DNA of 64,000 nt from Hydrolagus affinis (taxonomy: Eukaryota). The DNA lies in the NCBI GenBank assembly GCA_012026655.1, contig JAAILG010001427.1, forward strand, positions 1 through 64,000, written 5' to 3'. Positions 49,876-61,189 of this stretch are shown piece by piece (position 1 is the stretch's first letter; the number at the start of each line of letters is the position of its first letter). The notes under the pieces were generated by a model that saw nothing but the letters and a program-made list of their open reading frames with translations, did not search any database and had not been told where the DNA came from. Both the position numbers and the translations under genes were made by a program.

Positions 49876-52283
49876 CTAGTCTGCCCCCCACAACACCCCA
49901 CTCATACCCCCACACACAACTCTGCCCGAGTCCCTAGTGATTTTTCACGGCGAGAGAGTGAGAGAGGAAACTACCCACGCCTCTTTATACTCAGTGTCCC
50001 CTCTCTCCTTGGTCAGCGATGGTTCAAGGTGCAAAGATCACTGTGACTGTGCTGCCACTATTGTCAGAGGGCCTCAATTGCAAGGAACTAAACGTTTTGT
50101 CGTCTCTACGAAAGGAACAAAAGATGGAAGAAAAAAACATGACATGTAGAGGTGACCGCCTATGTTTATATAGTCAGTCTCAGATTCTCTGAAGGAACTG
50201 ATTGAATGTGACTGACTAATGCACAAAATTGTAATACGTAAAGCAATGCTATATCCCCTTAATCCATTGCAGATTAAATTCCAGACTCTCCAAATCTTTG
50301 CATCAGACAATTGTTAAGACTGAGTGCTCAAAAGGTCCATTACACAGGGTACACTCCCTGCTCCTCGACACACCAGCGTACACTCTTAAAAGATACCCAT
50401 CTCATAAAGCAGAGATAGGGAACTTCCAAACCCATTCCAAAAACATCTCCTACTAAACCAACCTCGCGGGGATCATAGCTTACCTGTCCCATTTGGCTAT
50501 GGTCCAGTATCGTTTTAGTGTGGCCTCACCATTGCAGGACTTTTCATTTCAGGAATGTGCAGAAGGGTTATGATTTCTGAACGCGACTGAATTTAACTAG
50601 GCTGGATTTCATTCCCCGATTCCTGGCTCCAGCCCTGAGACAAATTGCATCTGTAGTCTCTCACACTCTCCTGCCTCCACTGAAACATCTGACTCCCCAA
50701 GTGCTGGCACCGATCTCACTCCCAACACTCGCAACAACGACAGCGAGTCCAGAGTTCAGCGCCAGTTTCCCATCCTCTGCAACCAATATCCTGTTTTCCT
50801 AAAATATTCCTAACTCCCTTTTTTTCTTTAAAAATAGAAACGCAAATGTGCTTGCACTGGGCCTCGATGCCCCCACAGTCACCGAACGAAAAGAAACGTG
50901 ATGACTTCTGAAGGGAAATGAATCTTCTCTTGGTTTCTAACCTCCGAGTGGCAGAGTGCGGGGTGGAAGTGCTTTGAGATATGGGTTCGGATTTGCTTGC
51001 CCAGCAGCGGTAACAGCTGGACTCCCGCAAAAACACAGAAAAAGGCTATTTTTTCGCAGTTCAAAACCAAACACGCACTCAAAAGCTCAGCGCAGACCGT
51101 TTTTAAGGCAATGAATAATAAATCTCTTTAAACAGCTTTCAGACGTGTCACAACCTTAAAGCAACTTTAAATCCTACACTCTGCAGAAACAAAATCACCA
51201 GTAATTTTTTTTAACAAATGTGATAGTGTTTGAAAGTAGTGGGAAAGGTTTTTTTTTGTTGGGCTTTTTTAAAAAAAATTCATCATCATTCAAAAATGAC
51301 ATTTTCTTTGAAATATGCACTTACCACATTCTTAAGAATTCAAAACTAATATTTTGCGCAATTTGGGCAAGGAAGGCATTAAAAATGTGTAACAGGAAAA
51401 AAAAACTTTTTCGAAACTATCAATTTCACAGCTTGAAATTTTGGACAGTTTTTCAATATTTTACAGCATCTCTTAAGGGAAATGATCCATCTCTTTCTTG
51501 GTTGTTTCGCACGAACTGGGATAAAATCCTGTCAAGAATGCAGGACTTTCTGAATGTTTGTCAATGTTTTTAAAAGTATAAAGTAGCGATGAGTAGCGCA
51601 ACCCCTCAGAAGGCTTCTAACTTTTGGAGGATTGGAGGAAGCAAAAGGAAAATTATTCTGAGCTCTACTCGAATATAAAAGTCACCTACAAAATACGCAT
51701 TCGCGACACTTTTACAGTAAATCCATTGCCTGATGTAAAAGATAAATCAAATACAAGGAGTATTATTACTACTATTACATTATTAGTACATACACAGTAC
51801 ATACATACAGAGTAATACATATTACTCCCTATGTAGTCAATGAAGTAATGAAACAAAGTGCCCAATAAAAAAAAATGGAAGATGAGATAATGTCTTCGCC
51901 TCATGCAACAAAACTCAGCCGTTTCCATAGCCTTAAATTTCACAACAATTTTCTACACTGTGTTTTTTTGAGGGTTAGGATTTTAAAACTTACAGATTCT
52001 AATTACTGAAGTGCAGAACATTTGATGGAATGACGCACAAAGCAAACACAGATTTGTAAGTAGAGGAAGAGGCGATAGGGAAGCTGCATTAGGCAAATGT
52101 GCAAAGGTGGACTTATTTCATTCTGTCAGTTCTTATACAGGGAAATAACACCCTGGGTAAATATTAAATCAGAGATCATTCCAGTAAAAAGGGTTGGATT
52201 AATTGCTATAGGTGACTGGCCAACAAAGCATGAGATTTCAAGAATTTGATTAAGAAAATACCGTGCAGCAAAAATAAGATAAA

Positions 52284-52385
52284 ATAATAATGATCCTTGC
52301 ATTTGATACAGCTCCTTATCATGTCAGTGACACAACTCAAAGCGCTTCAGAGGATACACTGTAAAGTGTATATTTTGTGGGCGAA
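52284..52385 (-). mobile_element. SINE family A tail fragment
   Basis: atccttgcatttgatacagc...ctcaaagcgcttcagaggatacactgtaaagtg...ttgtgggcgaaa. Confidence 0.75.
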
Positions 52386-53024
52386 ATCCACCTGTGTTTG
52401 AATTTTGACTGAAGGCTAAGATTTTTATGAAGCGTTTTGGATGTGGTAATATTCCACACTTTTTAATTTTATTTTTGAGTGTGTCTGTGTGTGGGGATGG
52501 TGGGGTGGAGGGGAAAGAATCACTTATAAATGGGTTACATGAAAATAAGAGGACAGCAAGGATGTGTTGGCGTTCGAAAGTGACAAACTATTCAGAATCA
52601 AAAGAGAGGAATGTGAGGAAGGCAGATAGCCATTAGAGGAACTGGTTCAGAAGAGTCGGTTGCAATGTGAATTTAAACCGAGAAGTTAAGGAGAAAAGAC
52701 ACAAAGGCTTTGAGATATATTTATTTAAAAAAAGATTAGAATCTGTGTTTCTTTTGAGCAACCCACATTCACAATTGTGGTCATTGCAAATGTGCTTTTT
52801 TTTATATATATTAAAAGAAACTAAAATTAGTTGCGATAATGACTTGTTATACATATTAAAATGTTTATGTTTTGCCTTCTAATTATGTCCTCTCTGAGAC
52901 CTGTTTAAAGCTATAATTATCTTTGGAAATGTAGACACCGCTTGCATCGTTGTGAAGGAGAGCAATCGTGCTTTGAGCCCTATGTCTGACTGCAGTAGTG
53001 AATCACAGCGAGATTGGAGGAGAA

Positions 53025-53104
53025 TAAATAATTATGCTTGCATTTGATGCCGTTGCCTTAACACATCGTTGAGACTGCTCAAAGCACTTCACAGAATACA
53101 CTCT
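53025..53104 (-). mobile_element. SINE family A tail fragment
   Basis: cttgcatttgat...ctcaaagcacttcacagaatacact. Confidence 0.7.
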
Positions 53105-53400
53105 AAAATCTGACCACACCAACAAACAAAAGAAACCTGCCTTAAATCCTTGCAATTGACTATATATATTTGCAGACAAAACACCCATAAAGATTTTTTT
53201 TAAAAAAGAAAAGCATTTTGCAAATAAATGGTTACACAAATTAAATTGAAATAAATGGTTAAGAACAGAAAGGATAAAGAGTTAAATTACAACAACCTCC
53301 TCAAAGGTTTTAAACCTAAAACTGCACAGCTACTCAATATTCTAAATTGCTTAAAATTCCTGGTCTCTTCTAGCTCTGAGTTGACTGACTGAAAAAAAAC

Positions 53401-53577
53401 GTGGTCACTCAATTCACGAATGTTTGTGAGGACGCCGCTGTGTGCAATTGGCTGCCGCGTTTCGCAAAATATGCAGTCAATTCACTTTACTGTATACACT
53501 GTGAATCACTTGGGAGTTGTCTTGAAGACATGATACAAGGCGCTATATCAAATGCAGGGATTATTATTATTATTATT
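53401..53577 (+). mobile_element. SINE family A 3' half
   Basis: tgtttgtgaggacgccgctgtgtgcaattggctgccgcgtttcgc...ggcgctatatcaaatgcaggg followed by (att)n. Confidence 0.85.
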
Positions 53578-54814
53578 TCTTAAATCCAGGCATATGCTGT
53601 TGATGATATCGTTTCTACACACAGTCAGCGTTAGTCAAAATCAAGCGAGTTAGCAATGTTGCTTTGCCTTAACATCTCAACACACTTGCTTTCCGAGCGA
53701 TTAACAAGTGACTTTGTGGAGTCTTTTCAAACTGATTCAGTTGCAACGCTGGAAAATTGAATGTGCTATTATTTTGAGTTATGCAGAGGCTTAAACACAC
53801 AATTTATTTTGGGGGGACCACAGTCTGAAAGGTTTGCATGCTTGAGTAGTGCAGTTGTTGTTTTTTCTTTAAAAATGTCTTGCAGACATCGTTGAGACAT
53901 CATTATTAATTAACCCTTTGGGCAAATGAACATGTTTTTCAAGAAAAGGCGCAATTTATGACATGTGGAGAAAAAGAAAAATCCACGTCATATAAATGTT
54001 TAATGTTGACGTGAGAATACTAAATGATATGACCTCATGGATGATTCTAGGACTTTTGCTAGTGACTAGGTTTTTGCAGTAAATCCTATGAAATATTATT
54101 ATTAAATCATGTGGCGGGGTGGGGGGAAATTAGGTGATCCCCGTTTACAGACAATATTCTACTCATAACTGTTTAAAATAAAGTAAATTAAGCAGAGATC
54201 TACCTGTGAAAAGGGACATCAGAATCAGCAGACTGTTTAAAATTCAGAACATCTGATCACACCAAAAAAAAAAACCCTGCCTTAAATCTTTCAAATTGAT
54301 TATTTTCCCTAGTTATGCAACATTTCAAAATGTATTTGATTTGGCAAATTGTTCAATTTAGGGTTTTAACTTTGAAGGTGTTTCTTTGCTGAAGATGTTT
54401 TTTAGAAAAAAGGGAGAAACGTGGAGAGGGGGGTGGGGGGGGGGGGCGAAAAAAACAAACACAATTTTGACTGGTATGAATTTTTAAATTGGCGTTCAGC
54501 TCTGATAAAATCTTTCCCCCACGTCGCACACCCCATTTAACAGCATGAAACCTTCATGGAGATTAACAAACTTCTATTCCACCCAAATCAATGACAGTCT
54601 TTGAAGCGTAGAAGCAACAATAAATAATCAGAATAATAAATAATACTTTTGTTTGGTGATAAATATTTTGTGTGCGGTTTCTTGATGTACTGTATTTGTT
54701 GTTAGGAAAATGTCCAGCTGCAAAATCAATCTCTTTAAGTAAGGAAGTGAGTGACTACAATCTAGGAGATGGGACACAGCCAGCCATCTGTACAGTTGAT
54801 ACCGTTGCACTCCC

Positions 54815-55133
54815 AATAATTAATAATAATAATCCTTAGATTTGATATAGCGTTTTTCACGTCTTCCAGATGTCTCCAAGTACTTCACAGAATATACTGC
54901 AAAATGAATTGACTGTATATTTGTGGACGAAATGCAGCAGCCAATTACGCACAGCCCGTGTCCCCACAAACAATCGTTGTATTGAAATGACAAAATCATT
55001 ATTGTTTTTTTTGAGGATTATTATTAGGCGTGTGGAGTAAGGAAACTTGCCCAAGGTTTCGCCCTGCCTGGAATCGAACCCAGGTCTCTCATTTGTAAGG
55101 CGAGTGCTATAACCACTGAGCTACAGGACTCCA
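54815..55133 (-). mobile_element. Full-length SINE family A with intact Pol III A and B boxes
   Basis: Minus head TGGAGTCCTGTAGCTCAGTGGTTATAGCACTCGCCTTACAAATGAGAGACCTGGGTTCGATTCCAGGC, with full body and tail. Confidence 0.93.
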
Positions 55134-55347
55134 ATTGAGACAAGTGGTCATTGGAAGTGCACAGGTATTAAAACTGCTCAGATCTTTGGAAATTAGCAGT
55201 TGCTAAAGATTTTGAGTTTGGATGTACAGGTGCTACATTGAGACAGTTGAGAACAATGATTATTGAGAACAGCACAGAAAATCTGACACCCAAAAAAAAC
55301 CCGCTTTAAAACTTTACAATTGACTATTTTCTCTATTAATGCAACAT

Positions 55348-55554
55348 AATAGATAATAATCCATCAAAAAAACCCACAATAATAAAATTGGTCATTTCAA
55401 TCCACGACTGTTTGTGTAGACGCTGCAGTGCGCAATTGGCTGCCGCGTTTCGCCCACAAATATATACAGTCAATTCACTTTATAGCATATTCCGTGAAGC
55501 GCTTTGAGATGTCAATAAGATGTGAAAATCAAATGCAAGGATCATTATTATTAT
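55348..55554 (+). mobile_element. 5'-truncated SINE family A inserted into a local repeat unit
   Basis: ataataatcc...tccacgactgtttgtg...gtgaagcgctttgagatgtc...caaatgcaaggatcattattatt. Confidence 0.9.
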
Positions 55555-58179
55555 TTCAGAATGTACAGTATATGATTTGGCAAATTTTTGTGTGACAATC
55601 ACAGTCTGTAACTTTTACTATAACTAATCGAGCCTCTCCATTAAAAAAAATGTAGGAAAGTGGGCAGGTGGATCTAATATGTATGTTCGGGACTCAAGTC
55701 ACAGAAATGTCCTACTTGTTAGCCAGACATTCCTGATGATAAGGGGATTTACTTAATATAAGGTCAAATAACGGCAGAAAATTACCAGCAGCTAAAAGGG
55801 GCAGCACACATTTGCTGTTTTCACCCAACTGTTTTTTTGTCGGAAGACAATGAGACATTTCTGGTGAGTTTCGTTCACTAAAGTTTTCATTCCAGGTATT
55901 ACAGGACAAGTACGTTAGTTGGCTTCCATGTTCTACTGTAGCTCAGCCTTGGCAAAAAACATGCTCACTCCCTCAATGTAGCGAGCTTTCCAACAAAGTA
56001 CAATATTAGACTCTGAGAGACAGGACAAATCTCTGGCTTTGAGGAGCAAAAGTAAATCGACCCAAGTAACAAAACACAACTGAGGAATGCACACACACAC
56101 ACACACACACACGCACGAGTGCAAGTACAGGTGTTAAAATACACCTTAAGATGTTTTTATCAAGATTGGAAGGCAGCAGAGTAAAGTCATTTCAAATAAC
56201 TTGTGGTAAGGCAGACACATGCATGTTTGTTCATGTTTTAAAAGTGGTATCTTGATCGATAGTGTGTGTGTGTGTGTGTGTAAGGATTCCTTTCACGCAG
56301 AAGATAGTGCTGCAAAAACACCACAATCTTCCACAATGATTCAGGGTAATTCTCCAAAGATGTGCACTTCATTCATTTACTTATTTATATACTTATAGTT
56401 TCTGCTTTTATCTGGTTTGTTCCAATCGCTCTCAGTATTTGTTGCTGAAAATAGCATACTTTTTTGGGGAGGGCGGAGGGGGAGGGGAAAAAAAAGCCAC
56501 CAGGGCTAGCGAGTCCAGTGCATTGCAGTTTATTTCAGACCCAAAATATCACCTCTAAATGCTTAAAACTGCTGAAATGCATCAATTAAAGTGCGCTTGT
56601 TTCCTGTCTGTTGGATTACAACACCGACTCTCTAATGCTCGCTATGATAAAGTATGATTAGAAAAATGTAGTCAACCATAGATCCTTTTCTTCACACACA
56701 CACACACACACAGAGTACAGTATTTAGACAAACGGGCAAATCTCTCAAAAGTGGCTTTGAAAAAAAAACAGGGTCTGTAACGATTCCAATGTCATTTCAC
56801 ATTCTGTATGTTAATCCTATTTGAAATAAAAAGTACATGATTTTGCTCGCCTTCCCTCAAACACAGCTAAGATTTAACTTAATCCAGCCAGATATAATTT
56901 GCATCAAAGTCCCTCTTTTCTTTATGTTTGACACCTCAAAGTGTGTGTGTAAAAATAATACAGGAGGTAAGCAAATTCATTATGTCGTTCCCATCGATGT
57001 GAGTTTCTATCTGGATGACTGTGTCTTTCTGTGTGTGTGTGTGTGTGTTTATTTGTCTGTATGTGTGTGTCTGTCTGTCTATTTATCTGTGTGTGTGTGT
57101 GTCTGCCTGTCTATATCTCTGCTTATTCTGTCTGTTCGTTGGGAGGTTTTTCCTTTCTGGACGAAATTACAGAGTTCTTTGCTCCACTAATTAGTACAGT
57201 CTGTTATTAAATAAAACTGACATGTTGGTGCAACAACAATCATGCTATGTTTCTCAGGTCCCAGTCATCAGGACGTTGTTCAAATCATTCCCCGGCTCCT
57301 TTGCACATTACGAACCTCAAATACCGTGTCACGGTTGTTGGTGAATGGCCTCAGTATTATACTGTACACGATGTGCTATTGTGTAGAAAGAAACAGACTT
57401 GAAAGATAGCGATTAATTAAGTCAGCAATTTCTGCTGTTTGATTTCAGGCAGGACTCGACTGGTATAGTCATTGTTTGTATTTTTACTCCAAAAGTGAGG
57501 GGTTTTGCCCAAAATTGGTGAGCATAACTCTGAGTCATAGCTTCTATAGCTACAGCTTTGAATTTAGCTCCTCTGCTACTCAGAACAGTCCCTTGAATCA
57601 GCTATGATTACAGTCTAAAATTGGCTGAGTTTGTCTATGTATAAATGTACATGTATATACAGTACTGTATATATAGAGAGAGAAAGAGAGAAAATTGGAA
57701 TTAAAACATTTGCTGGCCAGCCAGAGTAAACGAACTACTGTACATTTGATTTTGACACTGTTGTCTTATTTCTTCCACTCGAAAACAAAAAACCCTTCAC
57801 AATCTGTGGGCCACACACAACAAAAAAAACACACATACTGCTGTCAAAATTAAATTAAAAACAAGGAATGGTTTTATTTACGTATGGAATAATTCCAAAC
57901 GGGAACTTCAGACATCATTGCATGGCAAATCTTACTTGCACATTCTTTGTTCCCAATGATTTCCCCCCAACTCCCCCCCCCCCCCCGTCTCCTAATGGTA
58001 CTGACTCGCAAGGGGTACAGTTATCTGGTCACCAGCACGCCTCTCGTCTCAATGCTCAACTGAACCATTTTGTCAGGTGTGAACCTGAGCAGAATGGATG
58101 GTGTCAGCAGCCTGCTTGACCCTACCGAGAGGAACATTTCCAACCAAATCTGGTCTTGTCCACCTTTCCAATAATAGAA

Positions 58180-58470
58180 ACAGCAACAAATTGGATTTAT
58201 GTAGCACCCTCCACACCCAACGGGCGTCTCAGAGCGCTTCACCTAACCTAAGGACTTTTCCAGCGCGAGGATGGATCCCGGGACAGCAATTCGGGAATGG
58301 GAAGCTGAGGACAGTTGTAAAGTCTCCACAGCCACATTGCCAATGGAGCCAGAGGAATTCAAGTCCCCCGCCACCCCCCTTCCCCCCGGCCCTCCCACCC
58401 CACCAACGGGTGGGAACCAGGATCCTTCCTGCTCTGTGGGCTTCACTGCTCACCCACTGAGCTACTGGAG
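58180..58470 (-). mobile_element. Family C SINE, degraded, with an L2-type tail
   Basis: Tail cagcaacaaattggatttatgtagcacc...gcgtctcagagcgcttcac. The head end cacccactgagctactgga reads TCCAGTAGCTCAGTGGGTG (A box) on the minus strand. Confidence 0.62.
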
Positions 58471-59935
58471 AAGCATGAAGCCTTTTTTGCAAAGGCAGCT
58501 GTAAATCCATATTTATTATGCTTTGGCAACTGACTTTTTTTTAGAAGTCGAGCTAAAAGCGCAAACAGAGCAGAGTTATTCAATCAAATGTCAAGTTTGG
58601 AGTTAAAAATTGTCCACCTCGTGATACCAGTTTAAAGCCAGCTACAAATCACAGTGATTCAAATTACACTGGTGTAAATAGACTGAATAAAACCCTTGGT
58701 CACTTTGGGCCCCAAGGAAAACCACAGCATAATAGGACTAACAACATTAGGTGTTTTATGTCAATGAATACTTTATGTACTATACATGAAGTGTGATATG
58801 TGGTATATGTTTATGCAGTCCGTTGCCTGGGATACAACACAGATTACAAAATAGTTACTAACCCAACTCCCAGTGAAACTCACAATACAACGACTAGTGT
58901 ATACCAGTTAGCATAGTTCCCAACACAGCAATCACCATAATTCCTTGCATCCATCCATCCCAACGCAGCTCTCGACAAGCTCAGCCTTTATAGTTAAAAA
59001 CACGAACTCAGGAAGAACAGAAATTGTTTAGCAGACTCCCAAGGAGTACTGTATTATGCTTGTGCAAAAAAACAAATCCTTTCCTTTCAGTTGAAACTTA
59101 CACAGTACCAGCAACCAAGTTAAACAGGTTTCCTCCCCACCCCCCTCCACCACCATTCCCCCTTTTGAATAACATTGCAAACACAGAAACCCTCTCTCTC
59201 TCGCTTTTTTTTAACATTTTCATAATTCTTCCATTTAAATATTTCTCCAGTGCTTGTAATAAGTTTAAGCAAAGGGTATGAAAGCAGCAAAGTATGGTTA
59301 GTTTTTAAGAGGACTTTGACCATAATGCTCCTTTCTCGGCGACAATTTCCCAGGCCCTCTTCGTATATATAAAAAAAGACAAATCAGCAAAAATCTTCTG
59401 TAGCGACAATCTTACCAATTATTTTAAAAAGCAGAACCGTGTTTTTTCTAAATAACAAAAACAACATTTTTTTTTGAAAAAAAAAGGCACTGTTCATTTT
59501 GGAAAACCCAAAATGTCGCGAGGAATCCAAAGGGTTCATTCGAGGTCATTTGATGTGAAAGCAAAAATAATTAATTAGGCTTAAGCAGGCTTAAAACTTT
59601 TATTATTATTTGCGGCAAACAAAATTCAGTACTATTGCTTCTGCAAGCATGCCTTATCTCATGGTAGAATTGTACCCATTGATTGGATTTGTGACATAAT
59701 AAAATGTTTCTCTTGGTGACACAAGATATAGACTCACTCACTGGTCACTGTTGGTGATACTGTTGGCTATGGCAATGCGAGATAACAAGGAGCCATAGTG
59801 ATTCCCCACTGTGAAGGGTTAGAAAAATGTAGCAATGTTATAAATTGGCTGAAGTATAATTATTATAATATATTGCTTGAGACTTTACTCTCAAGAGTGT
59901 AATGCTGTACTTTCACACTACACTGCTCAAGCAGC

Positions 59936-60256
59936 AAATAATAATAATAATAATCCTTGCGTTTGGTAGAGCGCTTTTCATGTCTTCTAGACGTCTCAAA
60001 GCACCTTCACAGAATATACTGTAAAGTGAATTGACTGTATGTTTGTGGGCGAAACGCAGCAACGAATTGCGCACAGTCCCTGCAAACAGTCATGCATTGA
60101 AATGACCAATTCATTATAGTTTTTTTTGAGGGATTATTATTAAGTGTGTGTGGAATAAGGAAACTTGTGCAAGGTTTCGCCATGACCTGCCTGGATTCGA
60201 ACACAGGTCTCACGCTTGTAAGGCGAATGCTCTAACCGCTAAGCTACATGACTCCC
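59936..60256 (-). mobile_element. Full-length SINE family A
   Basis: Minus head GGGAGTCATGTAGCTTAGCGGTTAGAGCATTCGCCTTACAAGCGTGAGACCTGTGTTCGAATCC, with full tail. Confidence 0.92.
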
Positions 60257-61189
60257 ATCACATAGTGTATGGCATTTGACAGTATCCAAAGACCTTGAAT
60301 GTTTTAAAACCTTGTGATAAGCTCCCAGGGGGAAAATATGGTGAATTTTTTCATGGGAAAACCTCGGCAAAATAAGGAACTATAAAATTACTATTTTTTT
60401 TAAATCTGTTATACTTAATGGTAATAACCATTTTATTTCTACATAATTTGCAAGTTTTAGAAATAGAATTGTTTCTGGTGTAAAATATAATCATGTTTTT
60501 AAATATAACTATAGATTCATTAGAATTAAAATGCAGATTTTGAAGTAGGAATGCAATATTTTTTTAAACCAGAAATGTTCCAGAATTCAAGCGGTTAACA
60601 ACAGTATGAAAACTATCGCAAAATAACTAGAAACTTAAAAGACTATTTTCCTAGATTATGTCCTAATTCATGACTTGTTATGCAAAGAAAATCTACTTTA
60701 CTGTGTGCTTTTGGTTTAAACTCAGTCTTTCCAGTTAAAGCAAAATGAACAGTTTGAAACTATGAGTTATCCATCAGTAATCTTATTGTAACATATGATA
60801 AACTCTTCAATACATAATTAGATATAAATATATGTATATAGAAAAAACACAATCAATTCACCTCTACAGATAAACCAGGGAAATGGATAAAAACGAATGA
60901 AGTGTGCAGTCCCTTGGCTAAAATAGTTTAAATAGTTCAATAAATCCAACATAGACTGTTTTCTTCTAAAATAGCAAATGCAAAATAGATTTAAAAAACG
61001 ACCCCCTTCCTTGTTTGAAAGCCTTATGTACAATTGAAATTTAAAATGCAATTACAATCCGCGAAATGTTTGAAATAGTTTTCTCAAGTTAACCACCCAC
61101 ACCCCCAAAAAAATTTGAGTAAAATTGACACTGATTAAATTGCATAAGAATAAACCCATAAAAGAATGTGCTAATTAAAGGACCACATT

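Larger units (their letters stand above)
53105..55586 (+). repeat. Three dispersed direct copies of a ~60-105 bp unit (53105-53165, 54245-54350, and 55275-55347 plus 55555-55586)
   Basis: Shared core ATCTGA(C/T)CACACCAA(A)nCCTGCCTTAAATC.TT.CAATTGA(C/T)TAT. Copies 2 and 3 also share ATGCAACAT..TTCA.AATGTA..TGATTTGGCAAATT. Confidence 0.8.

Noticed and set aside
58229-58510. Cluster of Pro/Gly-rich ORFs
   Set aside because: They lie inside a degraded SINE with a poly-C expansion.
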